Positions 1 to 10,081 are shown, counted from the first letter of the stretch. The stretch: 64,000 bases of DNA from an uncultured delta proteobacterium (GCA_963840855.1 CAWJBB010000041.1:64001-128000); one strand, 5' to 3'. Notes: generated by a model from the sequence alone, not told the origin. Numbers and translations: made by a program.

Positions 1-871
1 CGATGCGCATATCGTCTTTATCGGCGTTTTCATCGCGTGTGCCATCCAATAACGATTTTCTGATCGAAGCGCGTTCCGATTCGCTATAACGGCTGTTCTG
101 CTTGCCCCAAGGCACCAACTCCGAGGCCAGAAAGTAGCCGTAGCCGTTGTGCATGAGGGTCGCCGGCGTGCCGTCTTCGAATTCCATGAAAGCTGAATAG
201 TAACCCGGAATCGGCCGTCCTTTAAACCATTGCCCGGTTGTACCGCGGACGCTTCTGACCATGCCGCCGCCGAGCAAGCGCAAGGTGTCGATCTGGTGCG
301 GTCCCTGGCGGTAGGGAACCCCGCCGCCCTGGTTGATATCCAGTTCTTCGGCCGTGCGCGGACGGAGCATCCAATCCGTATACGCCCAAACATGCAACGC
401 GCACAGTTTGCCAACTTCACCGGAGCGAATGATTTTTCGCATGGTGCGAATATGCGGCCCAAAGCTCTGGGTATGGCCGCACAGCAGCTTGATCTTGTTT
501 TTGATCGACGCCTCGATCATCTGCTCGGCTTCCTGCAACGAAATCGCCATTGGTTTTTCCACCACCACATGTTTGCCATGATTGGCGGCGAAGATCGTGT
601 GCGGCGCGTGAAATCGATTGGGCGTCGAAACCCAGACGGCTTCGACGTCCGGATCGGCGCAGAGTTTTTCGATGCTGTCATAGGTTCGCGAACCATAGCG
701 TTGCTTGAATGTCTCGAGTACCCGCGGATTAACGTCTGCGGCGGCCACGAGGTCGAACTCCGGGATCTGCTCCATTTGGGGCAAAATTTCCGACGCACCG
801 ACGCCAATGCCGACGATACCAAGCTTCAGCTTTCTGCCGTTCGATTGCTTGTCGATTTGGGATTGGGCCAT
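1..871 (-). CDS. Gfo/Idh/MocA family oxidoreductase (phthalate cis-dihydrodiol dehydrogenase-like), runs off the left edge
   Basis: Manual translation from ATG 871: MAQSQIDKQSNGRKLKLGIVGIGVGASEIL...VWVSTPNRFHAPH...GKHVVVEKPMA (Rossmann fold and EKP motif). It is absent from the ORF track because its stop is outside the window. Confidence 0.9.
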   Translation of the reverse strand, partial: MAQSQIDKQSNGRKLKLGIVGIGVGASEILPQMEQIPEFDLVAAADVNPRVLETFKQRYGSRTYDSIEKLCADPDVEAVWVSTPNRFHAPHTIFAANHGKHVVVEKPMAISLQEAEQMIEASIKNKIKLLCGHTQSFGPHIRTMRKIIRSGEVGKLCALHVWAYTDWMLRPRTAEELDINQGGGVPYRQGPHQIDTLRLLGGGMVRSVRGTTGQWFKGRPIPGYYSAFMEFEDGTPATLMHNGYGYFLASELVPWGKQNSRYSESERASIRKSLLDGTRDENADKDDMRI

Positions 872-1090
872 TCGCCAATTCCTTTCCCGCGGGAGTCCCA
901 AAGTAGCAGATGATAGGCATCCTTTGTCAAGGAGAGTCCGGGATTTTCTCTTTTATCACGGGGGTGTATCTGTTACCGTACGGCAGATGATCTCATCTGG
1001 CGGGGGTTCCATTAGGATGCGAAGGTGGGTTGCATTCAGGTTCGCACTGGTGGCGATCCTTGGAGTGTTGGAGTGATAGGGAAAAATGCC

Positions 1091-2095
1091 ATGAGGCAAT
1101 TTCAAGGATTATCACGTCTAGCGGTTTGTCTCATATTTATGGCATTGACCGCGGGACAATCGTTCGCCCAGGAAAAGAAAAACATTCGAATGGTGTTCGT
1201 AAGCCTGGCTTGGAACAGTGAGATTCCCTTTCGGGCGGCGCTGGCGCGAGGTTTTTTCAAGCAACAAGGGTTGAGTATCGAACCGATCCTGATTCGCGGC
1301 GGTCCGGCGGCCATAGCCGCGCTGGTCTCCGGTGAAGTTGACTTTGCCGCCATTGGCGGCGCGCAGGCGGTTTTTCGCAGCCGCGCCCGCGGATTGGATC
1401 TTTCCATCATTGGATGCACCTCCGGCACGACCAATTACATCTTGCTTGGCAACAAGCAGACTCGGACGGTAGAGGATCTCAAGGGCAAAATGATCGGCAT
1501 AACCGGAGCCGGCACATATTCGGAATTTGCCATGAAGGCGTTTCTCAGAAAATATAACATCAACCCGGACAAGGATGTTACCTTGCGGGCGATCGGCGGA
1601 ACCGTGTTGCGCGCGGCGGCCATCGAAAAGGGAATCATTGCCGCTGCGCCATTTTCGCCTGAAGACGGGGTGCGGCTCCTGAAGAGCGGTTATTCTTTGA
1701 TCAGCAACTTGAGCGAGTCTTTGGGCATACCGCAAAACATCATCGTCAGTCGCAACGAGGTCCTGGAAAAATATCCCGAGACGAGTAAACGGATGCTAAA
1801 AGCTTATATTCAAGGAATCCAGCTCGCCAAGTACAACAAGAAAGAGGCGCTCAAGGCCGGCTTCGATTCCGGCCTGACAGGGGATCCCGAAATCATCGGC
1901 GCCGCCTGGGACCTTTTCGCGCCGGGCCTTACCGCTGATTTATCGATAGTCACCTCTGGACTTCAACAAATGCTCGACGAGGACATCCGTGCCGGTCTTG
2001 TCGATAGCAAGTTCACTCTCGAAAGAGTGGTCAACGATCGTGTTCTCAAGCTCGCCCAGCAGGAGCTGCGGGTCGAAGGGCGGCTCAAACCGTAA
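1091..2095 (+). CDS. ABC substrate-binding protein, NMT1/THI5/SsuA-like
   Basis: Signal peptide; GFFKQQGL, ALVSGEVDF, DLKGKMIGIT motifs. Confidence 0.85.
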   Translation: MRQFQGLSRLAVCLIFMALTAGQSFAQEKKNIRMVFVSLAWNSEIPFRAALARGFFKQQGLSIEPILIRGGPAAIAALVSGEVDFAAIGGAQAVFRSRARGLDLSIIGCTSGTTNYILLGNKQTRTVEDLKGKMIGITGAGTYSEFAMKAFLRKYNINPDKDVTLRAIGGTVLRAAAIEKGIIAAAPFSPEDGVRLLKSGYSLISNLSESLGIPQNIIVSRNEVLEKYPETSKRMLKAYIQGIQLAKYNKKEALKAGFDSGLTGDPEIIGAAWDLFAPGLTADLSIVTSGLQQMLDEDIRAGLVDSKFTLERVVNDRVLKLAQQELRVEGRLKP

Positions 2096-2103
2096 ACGGC
2101 GCG

Positions 2104-2523
2104 GTGGCTTCAGTGAAAGATGCAGAGCCGCAAATTTCGCTTGTCCAGAGTTCGGTCGAACGAAATGACACGCTGGCGCGTTGGAGCATTGGATGGAGCG
2201 TTCAAAACCTCGGCGCGGACCCGATTCGCATCCTAGCCGTGCGCTTGCCGCATGGGCAATTTAAGTCGGAGGAGCTTGGATTCGATCCGCCGGTCGATCT
2301 GGCGCCCGGTGCAACGAGGCAGTTTTCGACTTTGGTCCGCTGCGATGAACCGTCGGGGTTGGTTACCGAAAACGCTTTCGTGATTTTCCAGGCAAACTGG
2401 CGAGGCGAGCCGTGGCGTATATTTGTCCGGCTACGAATAGTCGTCAATGAGAAGGGCGAACCGAACGCAACAACCGAGTTGATAACGACGCAAGAGGTCG
2501 GCTTCACCGGCGTAAAATTCTAG
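2104..2523 (+). CDS. hypothetical beta-rich protein
   Basis: 139-aa ORF starting 8 bp after the SBP stop; alternating hydrophobic pattern suggests an Ig-like fold. Confidence 0.65.
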   Translation: MASVKDAEPQISLVQSSVERNDTLARWSIGWSVQNLGADPIRILAVRLPHGQFKSEELGFDPPVDLAPGATRQFSTLVRCDEPSGLVTENAFVIFQANWRGEPWRIFVRLRIVVNEKGEPNATTELITTQEVGFTGVKF

Positions 2524-2559
2524 CGGGCGTGAGCGATCCCGAACTCAGTGGAGAAAACC

Positions 2560-2781
2560 GTGGCGGATAAAGAAAAAGACCTGTACATCCTCAGACGCAT
2601 GCGCGGCTGACGGAGCAATTGAGGCGTCGGCTTCGAAGAGACCACGGGTATGGTCTCCAATTCTTTGAAGATGGATCAGAAAAAGCTGATCAAAGAGCTC
2701 GAGCGGATCCGGAAGGCCTATGCCGAAGACGCAGATTATCAGAAACTGCGAAAAGATCTGCCGAAAGATTGGCCGCTCTGA
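2560..2781 (+). CDS. putative selenoprotein microprotein with two Sec (UxxxU), 73 aa
   Basis: GGAG RBS 2550-2553, GTG start, in-frame TGA at 2608-2610 and 2620-2622; frame stays open to TGA 2779-2781: MADKEKDLYILRRMRGURSNUGVGFEETTGMVSNSLKMDQKKLIKELERIRKAYAEDADYQKLRKDLPKDWPL. Confidence 0.7.
2631..2670 (+). promoter_or_regulatory. candidate bacterial SECIS hairpin
   Basis: CTTCGAA-GAGACCA-loop CGGGTA-TGGTCTC-bulge-TTTGAAG; the loop starts 22 nt after the second TGA and 34 nt after the first. Confidence 0.65.
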
Positions 2782-2924
2782 ATCGGTTGTCCAGAGTTTA
2801 AAGTCTCGCGTCTCGTTGGATTCGCTATCAACTCTAGCCCGAGACGATCTAACGCAGTTTCTCCGAATGACGACTGAGTTCTCCTATCCCAAGCCAGCTC
2901 AAAACGCTAGACCCTAGACTTTCG

Positions 2925-3677
2925 TTATCGCAATCTAACCGTTGGTTGCCGCAGATTGAGATCCGCCACTCCACCCCAGAACTCCCGCTTGCCCGTCATT
3001 GCCTGGACATGGCCGTCCCATTCCAAGGTGAATGCAGTCAGGCCAAGTTTGACCGCGGCACGAATCTTTTTCTGGGTTTCGTCGTCCTTCGCTAGCAGGC
3101 GAATTGCGTCAATCTGACGGCTGCCGTGGCCTTCGTCCTGGGCCGCGTGGAGATCGTAGGTTTGCGCCGCGCGCGGTGAAAACCCATAGTAACCGGTTAG
3201 CTCCCGATAGACCTTCTCGGAAATTTTACCAGCGCCGCCAAGTTGGCTTTCGACGAAGGCGAGCATGGCGACGCCTTCCAACGCCGAGCGGCGCTGGCAG
3301 CACCCGATGATCATCTCGATTGCCGCTAACGTCCCGGGCGCGGGCTCGGCGTTATCAGCTTCTTCACGCGAGATGCCGCCTTCTTGGAGGAATTGCAGCA
3401 TGATATCGACGTGAGTGTGTTTGCCGCCCAGCTCTTCCATGAAATTTTCCAGGACGGTGTCCATTACCGCGTATTCCTTGGCGGATACGGCATTGATGGC
3501 CATGTAACCGAAGAAGATCGGATTCGTGCGCACCCGCAGATAATGCTGCACTTCACCCAGGATGATCTGCTCTTTGCTCCAACGGTGCTTGATGATGCCG
3601 TCGAACCACGGGTGTTGTTCCATCGGGACTTCGGCGGCGTAGCTCCACAGTTCGGCGATGAACTCGTCAGCGGTCAT
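2925..3677 (-). CDS. heme-oxygenase-like (TenA/PqqC/CADD-type) iron redox enzyme
   Basis: Likely start MTADEFIAEL; HPWF, ENFMEELG-x4-H, FVESQ, H-x3-DEGH ligand motifs. Confidence 0.8.
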   Translation of the reverse strand: MTADEFIAELWSYAAEVPMEQHPWFDGIIKHRWSKEQIILGEVQHYLRVRTNPIFFGYMAINAVSAKEYAVMDTVLENFMEELGGKHTHVDIMLQFLQEGGISREEADNAEPAPGTLAAIEMIIGCCQRRSALEGVAMLAFVESQLGGAGKISEKVYRELTGYYGFSPRAAQTYDLHAAQDEGHGSRQIDAIRLLAKDDETQKKIRAAVKLGLTAFTLEWDGHVQAMTGKREFWGGVADLNLRQPTVRLR

Positions 3678-3814
3678 GAATAAGGTGTAGCGCAATTGCA
3701 GCGTTATTGTCCATAGCAAGTAGAACGGGCTTAGTCTAATTCCTTCTCCCTCTGGGAGAAGGTTAGGATGAAGGCGGGAGAGGGTCGGACGCGCGATAGA
3801 GCGCTTGATTGTAT

Positions 3815-4915
3815 TTACGCGTTGGCGGCTTTTCTCGTCTGCTCCTTTTCGACTCGCGTCTTGAGCCTGGGATAGAATCTCAGCGGGTTGTCCCAGAAAA
3901 TCTTGCGCTTCAGCTCGTCGCTCACGTCTTTGCGATTGATCAAATTCGGGATGTCCTGGCTGAAGTCGCGCTGGTCGCGTTCGTGGGGATAGTCCGATGC
4001 CCAGATGAGCGCGTTGTCGTTCGCTACCTTGGCGGCGAGGGGCAGCGCCGATTCTTCGACTTCCACGGCGAAGTAGATATTGCCCTTTTTGACGTATTCG
4101 CTCGGCTTGAGCTTGCAGCGCGGCGAGTAGTGGCCTTTGCGCTCTTGTTCCTCGTCCATGCGGTCCATCATGTACGGCACCCAACCGACGCCGCATTCGA
4201 TGCAGCCGAATTTGAAATTGGGAAAAAGCTCGAACACGCCTTCGAACATCATGGCGACGAATTGGCGAATCTGCGCGAAGGGATGTTCTAAAGTATGTCC
4301 GATGGTAAAGTTGTTGACCATGTCCAACCCGAGGGACGGCATGCTGAGCCCGCCGTGCGTAGAAACCGGCACGTCGAGTTTCTGCGCTTCTTCCCAGAGC
4401 GGATAGAACTCAGGCCCGCTGTAAAGCCTTCCCGCCGGCGCCACCGCCGGAAGGACGGCTCCGACCATACCTAATTCACTAACAGCGCGGCGCAGTTCTT
4501 TCACGGCTTCGGCAATGTCTTGAATCGGCAGGAGCGCGACCCCCACCAGTCGCGGGCTGACTTTCATGAACTTGTTATAAAGCCAGTCGTTATAGGCCCG
4601 CGCCATGCAGATCGCCCAGTCTTTGTCTTGAATGGCGCCGTGGGTGAGACCCTGCGTCGGGTAAAGAACGGTCAACTCGATTTTGTTTTTGTCGAGAAAA
4701 TCTAGCCAATGATTGGCCTTGGGTCCGTCGCCGCCGCCGGCCCAGCCGCCCTTCTGGCGCAGCGAACGGAGATAGCCGTCCATCGTGAGACCCGGCCAGA
4801 AGGAATAGCTCTGGTGCCATTCCAAATCCTTATAGGGCGGGCCGATGAATTCGCGAAGTTCGCTGTCCAGTTCCATGACATGCCCATCGGCGTCGATGAT
4901 GCGGTAATCTGACAT
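3815..4915 (-). CDS. amidohydrolase family 2 protein
   Basis: IIDADGH, AYNDWL, ECGVGW, WASDYPH motifs. Confidence 0.9.
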   Translation of the reverse strand: MSDYRIIDADGHVMELDSELREFIGPPYKDLEWHQSYSFWPGLTMDGYLRSLRQKGGWAGGGDGPKANHWLDFLDKNKIELTVLYPTQGLTHGAIQDKDWAICMARAYNDWLYNKFMKVSPRLVGVALLPIQDIAEAVKELRRAVSELGMVGAVLPAVAPAGRLYSGPEFYPLWEEAQKLDVPVSTHGGLSMPSLGLDMVNNFTIGHTLEHPFAQIRQFVAMMFEGVFELFPNFKFGCIECGVGWVPYMMDRMDEEQERKGHYSPRCKLKPSEYVKKGNIYFAVEVEESALPLAAKVANDNALIWASDYPHERDQRDFSQDIPNLINRKDVSDELKRKIFWDNPLRFYPRLKTRVEKEQTRKAANA

Positions 4916-4984
4916 TGGCAGAACCTCCTGTGTTACTTTCGATAACTTAAACCATCAGATCAAGTGTAGTCTGGTAGTTTGAAT

Positions 4985-5074
4985 TCACGTATTTCTGGCT
5001 TGAACTCTTCCCTCCCGCAGCGGCTGCAAATAATCATACTTGTCACAGGCGATGGTAAGTTTTAGTTTAGCCAT
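4985..5074 (-). pseudogene. N-terminal remnant resembling 4,5-dihydroxyphthalate decarboxylase family
   Basis: MAKLKLTIACDKYDYLQPLREGRVQ then an early stop; resembles that family's N-terminus from memory. Confidence 0.5.
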
Positions 5075-5233
5075 TGCATCACTTCCCGCGTCGTTTGGTT
5101 TGTTTCAAGTCCCCGAACAGATCATTACTAAAATCTCCCGTGGATTCAACCAGAACTCTTGTTTGGAATTGACAGGTCCGCGTGGGCGGTGCTAAGGGCT
5201 GAACTACGATTCCTATATTTTAAGGAGGCTCTT

Positions 5234-5980
5234 ATGCGCTTCACGGACAAATCAGTCATCATTACCGGCGGCGGCGGCAAGATCGGCAAAGCTTACGCCA
5301 TTGGCTTCGCTAAAGAAGGCGCAAAAGTCGCCTTGCCCGACATTGCCAGCGCCGATCACGTGGTGAAAGCGATCCGGGACATGGGCGGCACGGCCATCAG
5401 CATGGCGTGCGATGTCTCGGATGAAAAGAGCGTCAAGGCGATGGTCGACGAAGTGGCGAAGCAGTTCGGCGGCGTCGATGTGCTGGTCAACAATGCCGCT
5501 TACTTCATGAGCGTCAAGAAAAGCGTGTTTTGGGAAATGGCAGTCGATGAATTCGACAAAGCGATGGCGGTCAACGTGCGCGGGTCGTGGCTCTGCGCCA
5601 AAGCGGCATTTCCGTACATGAAGCAGCAGGGAAAGGGAAAGATCATCAATATTTCTTCCGGCACGGCGCTCAACGGCGGCCAGAATTATATTCATTACGT
5701 GACATCGAAAGGCGCGCTCATTGCGATGACTCGGGCGATGGCAAAAGAGCTCGGTGATTATAATATTTGCGTCAACACGGTAAGCCCAGGCTTCGTCGTC
5801 ACCGAAGGGCGGCAAGTGGATCCAGCCTTCAATGCCAGCCGCGTCGCTGGTCGCGCGCTCAAACGCACGCAGGTGGAAAATGATCTGGTCGGCACCGTGA
5901 TGTTCTTGGCGTCACCCGAGAGTGATTTTATGACTGGCCAGTTGCTCAATGTCGACGGCGGCGCGCATTTTGTGGGGTAG
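5234..5980 (+). CDS. SDR family oxidoreductase
   Basis: TGGGGKIG, NNAA, YVTSK motifs; AAGGAGG RBS. Confidence 0.92.
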   Translation: MRFTDKSVIITGGGGKIGKAYAIGFAKEGAKVALPDIASADHVVKAIRDMGGTAISMACDVSDEKSVKAMVDEVAKQFGGVDVLVNNAAYFMSVKKSVFWEMAVDEFDKAMAVNVRGSWLCAKAAFPYMKQQGKGKIINISSGTALNGGQNYIHYVTSKGALIAMTRAMAKELGDYNICVNTVSPGFVVTEGRQVDPAFNASRVAGRALKRTQVENDLVGTVMFLASPESDFMTGQLLNVDGGAHFVG

Positions 5981-6132
5981 GTGAGACGAGGGGGAAGGCG
6001 TTTCCTCAATCGTCATGCCCGCCCTTCGGCTGGACTCAGGACAAGCTCCAGCGGGCATCCAGGTTGCGGCGGGGGGAGATGCACAGCAGGCGGACTGGAT
6101 TTGGGGCGTAGAAATCAGCGCATTCTACGGGC

Positions 6133-6160
6133 TTGAAGGCCGCCGACGTTGTCCTATAAT
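6133..6160 (+). promoter_or_regulatory. sigma70-type promoter of ccsA-hem operon
   Basis: TTGAAG-N16-TATAAT ending 12 bp before ATG 6173. Confidence 0.55.
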
Positions 6161-6172
6161 GGCCCTGAAATC

Positions 6173-6991
6173 ATGGATATCATCCTGCTCAAGGCCACCG
6201 CGGTATTGTATCTTCTGGCGACCGCGAGTTTTGTCTTCTATGTACTCGTTCGCAATACCGCGTCGCGGCTGCCGACACTAGTCTTGCTCGCTGGATTCTT
6301 GCTCCACACCTCGGCGCTGAGCGTCCATTTTCTCCAGGAAGGATATCCCGCTGTAACACAGTTTCACGAGGCGCTGACTTTCAAGAGCTGGCTCATTGTC
6401 GCGCTTTATTTAGTCATTCAAATCAAATACCGGCTCACGGTTCTCGGCGCCATTGTGACGCCGGTGGCATTCCTCATGACTCTTGCCGCCTTCGCGTTCG
6501 GCGCCGCCAGCGGTGAGCTGCCGCCGGGACTGAGGACTTATTGGCTGCCGGTTCATTTCACGCTCGCGTTCCTCGGCAACGCGGTCTTCGCTTTAGCCTT
6601 CGCGGTGAGCCTGATTTATCTGCTTCAAGAACGCGGCCTCAAGCATAAAAAGATGACCGCTCTCCTCAAGCGAATCCCGTCGTTGGAGGCGCTGGACCGG
6701 TTGAACTATCAGTTGCTCGTATGGGGTTTCCCGCTGATGACCCTCGGCATCTTGACCGGGAGCCTCTTGGCGCGCATTTACTGGGGGGATTATTGGACTT
6801 GGGACCCGCGGCAGATTTCATCGGGAATCGCCTGGCTTTTTTATGGTGCTTTGTTGCACGGGCGTATCACCGCGGGTTTGCGTGGCAAGAAGGCCGCGAT
6901 TCTTACCATGTTCGGATTCTGCGTTGTGCTTGGTTACTTTATCTGGGGCGAAACCCTGTTCCCCAGCCGGCATGGGGGCCGGTTCGAATAA
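6173..6991 (+). CDS. ccsA: cytochrome c biogenesis protein CcsA/CcsB family
   Basis: Multi-TM protein with WWD domain WGDYWTWDPR; directly upstream of hemA. Confidence 0.88.
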   Translation: MDIILLKATAVLYLLATASFVFYVLVRNTASRLPTLVLLAGFLLHTSALSVHFLQEGYPAVTQFHEALTFKSWLIVALYLVIQIKYRLTVLGAIVTPVAFLMTLAAFAFGAASGELPPGLRTYWLPVHFTLAFLGNAVFALAFAVSLIYLLQERGLKHKKMTALLKRIPSLEALDRLNYQLLVWGFPLMTLGILTGSLLARIYWGDYWTWDPRQISSGIAWLFYGALLHGRITAGLRGKKAAILTMFGFCVVLGYFIWGETLFPSRHGGRFE

Positions 6992-6994
6992 GCC

Positions 6995-8281
6995 GTGCAA
7001 AAAGAGATCGTCATCGTCGGTTTGAATCACCGTAGCGCGCCCATCGAAGTGCGCGAAAGCGTCGCTTTCGAAAACGGCTATGTGCGCGACGCGTTGGTGC
7101 GGTTGCGCGGCTATCCGGCCGTCCAAGAAAGCGTGATTCTCTCGACTTGCAACCGCGTCGAAGTGGTCGCGGCGGTCGCCGATGCGCAGACCGCCTGTCA
7201 TGACATGAAAGTATTTCTCGACGAGCAGCGCGCTGAGCATGCTGGGAGCAGTCTGGAGGATCATCTTTACACTTATCGGGGCGCCGATGCGGTGCGCCAT
7301 TTATTTCGCGTGGCGGCAAGCCTCGACTCCATGGTAGTGGGCGAGCCGCAGATATTGGGCCAGCTTAAAGAGTTTTACGATGCTGCGCGGCAAGCCGGTA
7401 CTGTGGGAACGGTCTTGCATCGGCTATTCCACCGGTCCTTTTTCGTGGCCAAGCGGGTGCGCACCGAGACCGGCATCGCCAGCCGCGCCGTTTCCGTGAG
7501 TTCGGTGGCGGTAGATCTCGCGAAGCGGATCTTCGATAGCTTCGATGACAAGACCGTCATGCTGATCGGCGCGGGCAAGATGGGCGATCTGATGGCGCGC
7601 CAGCTCCAGCGCAGCGGCGTGAAGAGTCTGATGGTGACCAATCGTACTTTTGAACGGGCGGTAGCGGTGGCCGAGCGGATACATGGAAGTCCGATCCTAT
7701 TCGAAGATTTTCCGCGCTATCTTAAGATGGCCGACCTGGTGATTGGCTGCACCGGCTCGCCGGAAATCCTGGTGGATGCACCGGCGGTGGAAAAAGTGCT
7801 GCGCGAGCGCAAGCAGCAGCCGATGTTTTTTATCGACATCGGCGATCGGCGAAATTTCGACTCTGCCATTAACGATATTGACAACGCCTATCTCTACAAC
7901 ATCGATGACTTGAAGGAAGTCGCCGAAGAAAATCTCCAGGAGCGATCCAACGAGGCGCAAAAAGCGGAAGAGATCGTGGTCCAGGAAGTCGAGAGTTTCG
8001 GGCGTTGGATCGGATCGCTGGAGCGCGCGCCAACCATCGCTGCGCTGCGCGCGCACTTTGACGAGATTCGCCGGCGCGAATTGGCGAGGTCCTTGAGCGG
8101 CAATCTGAAAGATTTGTCCTCGGAACAACGGCAAGCCCTCGACGACATGACCGCAGCGATGATCAACAAAATGCTGCACGGCCCGATCTCACATTTGAAG
8201 AAAGACGCGCCGGAAGAAGACGAAGAGGACATGCGGTCTATAGCCGCCTTGAAAAAGCTCTTTGACCTGGAGGGCAAATGA
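6995..8281 (+). CDS. hemA: glutamyl-tRNA reductase
   Basis: LSTCNRVE, SLDSMVVGEPQILGQ, GAGKMG. Confidence 0.97.
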   Translation: MQKEIVIVGLNHRSAPIEVRESVAFENGYVRDALVRLRGYPAVQESVILSTCNRVEVVAAVADAQTACHDMKVFLDEQRAEHAGSSLEDHLYTYRGADAVRHLFRVAASLDSMVVGEPQILGQLKEFYDAARQAGTVGTVLHRLFHRSFFVAKRVRTETGIASRAVSVSSVAVDLAKRIFDSFDDKTVMLIGAGKMGDLMARQLQRSGVKSLMVTNRTFERAVAVAERIHGSPILFEDFPRYLKMADLVIGCTGSPEILVDAPAVEKVLRERKQQPMFFIDIGDRRNFDSAINDIDNAYLYNIDDLKEVAEENLQERSNEAQKAEEIVVQEVESFGRWIGSLERAPTIAALRAHFDEIRRRELARSLSGNLKDLSSEQRQALDDMTAAMINKMLHGPISHLKKDAPEEDEEDMRSIAALKKLFDLEGK

Positions 8282-8327
8282 TCAGATGCCGCCGCGTAGG
8301 AGCGGATAAACTCGCGAGGTTAGTGTC

Positions 8328-9248
8328 GTGAAAACCGTCCGCATCGGCACCCGCGGGAGCGCCCTCGCGTTGGCGCAGGCCAATTGGCTGAAGGGAGAGA
8401 TCGAGCGGCAGTGGCCGGCGGCGGAGGTGAACCTTCGAATCATCAAGACCAGTGGCGACCGCTTCGTCGAAGCTTCCCTCCAGGCCATTGGCGGCAAAGG
8501 CGTCTTCACCAAAGAGATCGAAGAGGCTTTGCTCAGCGGCGAAATCGATCTCGCCGTGCATTCGATGAAGGACCTGCCGACGGAATTGGCGCCGGGCCTG
8601 GCCATCATCGCCGTGCCGGAGCGGGAAGATCCGCGCGATGTGTTGGTGGCGCGAAGCGGCGCGCGGTTGAGCGAATTGCCTGCCGGCGCGCGGATCGGCA
8701 CCGGCAGCTTGAGGCGCAAAGCCCAGCTTTTACATTACCGCGCCGATTTATCCGTGGCGCCGATTCGCGGCAACATCGATACCCGTCTCAAAAAACTCGA
8801 CGCCGGCGAGGTCGATGCCCTGGTCATGGCCGCGGCGGGACTCAAGCGCATCGGCAGGGAAGACCGCATTAGCGAATTTCTTCCTGGAGATATCTGCGTG
8901 GGCGCCGCGGCTCAAGGCGCGCTGGCCGTCGAGGCGCGCGACGATGATTCCTTGCGCGAAGAATACGAGTTCCTCGATGATATGCCGACGCATTTCGAGG
9001 TGCAGGGCGAGCGCGGTCTGCTCAAACGCCTCGGTGGCGGTTGCCATTTGCCCGTAGGGGCACGGGCTCAGGTTTATGGTGAATTGATCGAGATCATCGG
9101 CGTTGTCGCGGACCCGGGTGGCCATGAGCTTTTCAAGGCCGAACTGGCTGGACTGGCCATGAAAGCCGAAGAGTTGGGAAAAGAGTTGGCTGATCGGCTG
9201 CTCAGCCAGGGGGCGCAAAAGCTGCTGGCGCGGTTGCAGCCGGAGTAA
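8328..9248 (+). CDS. hemC: hydroxymethylbilane synthase
   Basis: IGTRGSALALAQ, GKGVFTKEIE, AVHSMKD, GGCHLP. Confidence 0.97.
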   Translation: MKTVRIGTRGSALALAQANWLKGEIERQWPAAEVNLRIIKTSGDRFVEASLQAIGGKGVFTKEIEEALLSGEIDLAVHSMKDLPTELAPGLAIIAVPEREDPRDVLVARSGARLSELPAGARIGTGSLRRKAQLLHYRADLSVAPIRGNIDTRLKKLDAGEVDALVMAAAGLKRIGREDRISEFLPGDICVGAAAQGALAVEARDDDSLREEYEFLDDMPTHFEVQGERGLLKRLGGGCHLPVGARAQVYGELIEIIGVVADPGGHELFKAELAGLAMKAEELGKELADRLLSQGAQKLLARLQPE

Positions 9249-9262
9249 GCGAGTCGTAGGAC

Positions 9263-10081
9263 ATGAACGGTAACCACCCGGCGCCGGCATCGCAGATTCT
9301 GTTGGGGAAGCGCATCGTGATTACGCGGGCCCGGGCCCAAGCGGATAGCTTGGCGCGCAGAATTGAAGAGCAGGGTGGCGAGGTGATCGAATTCCCGACG
9401 ATTGAGATACATCCTCCTAGGGATCCACGGCCGCTCGAGGAAGCCATCAAAAAATTAAATTGCTACGACTGGCTGATGTTCACCAGCACCAACGGCGTCG
9501 AGAGATTTTTTGAATGCATGGCTCAACATAAAAGAAGCGTGGCCGAACTGGAGGACGTTCAAATCGCCGCTATCGGGCCTGAAACGGCGAAACGCTTGGA
9601 AACGGCCGGCGTGAAGAACTGCTTGGTGCCCGCGACTTACCAGGCCGAGGGCATTCTTGACGTCCTGAATACGGCGGCCATGCGCGGCAAGCGCGTCCTG
9701 ATCCCACGCGCGGCAAAAGCGCGAGAAATTTTACCCGAAACGCTAAGGCAGTGGGGCGCCGAGGTCGATGTCGTCGAAACCTATCGCACGGTCATTCCGC
9801 AAGCCGACACAGGCAAGCTGAAAGAAACGCTCCGGCGGCGGGCCATCGACATGGTTACGTTCACTAGTCCCAGCACAGTATCGAATTTCGCGCGGCTGTT
9901 CGACGGGCAACGGTTGGCGGATATCTTGGCCGAAACGCCGATTGCCTGCATCGGACCGATCACAAAAAAAACCATCGAAGAGCTAGGCGGTATCGCTGCA
10001 GTATCGGCGCGGGAGTTTACGATTCCCGGATTGGTATACGCTATGGTCGAATATTTCCAAGGCAATTTGCCCCCACCCTAA
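9263..10081 (+). CDS. hemD: uroporphyrinogen-III synthase
   Basis: [27 protein letters not shown]; operon context. Confidence 0.93.
   Translation: MNGNHPAPASQILLGKRIVITRARAQADSLARRIEEQGGEVIEFPTIEIHPPRDPRPLEEAIKKLNCYDWLMFTSTNGVERFFECMAQHKRSVAELEDVQIAAIGPETAKRLETAGVKNCLVPATYQAEGILDVLNTAAMRGKRVLIPRAAKAREILPETLRQWGAEVDVVETYRTVIPQADTGKLKETLRRRAIDMVTFTSPSTVSNFARLFDGQRLADILAETPIACIGPITKKTIEELGGIAAVSAREFTIPGLVYAMVEYFQGNLPPP

Noticed and set aside
230-913. 227-aa plus-strand ORF
   Set aside because: Antisense shadow of the minus-strand Gfo/Idh/MocA gene
3678-4196. N-terminal extension of the 423-aa ORF
   Set aside because: Overlaps the amidohydrolase in another frame and a REP-like repeat; the real start is probably 3677
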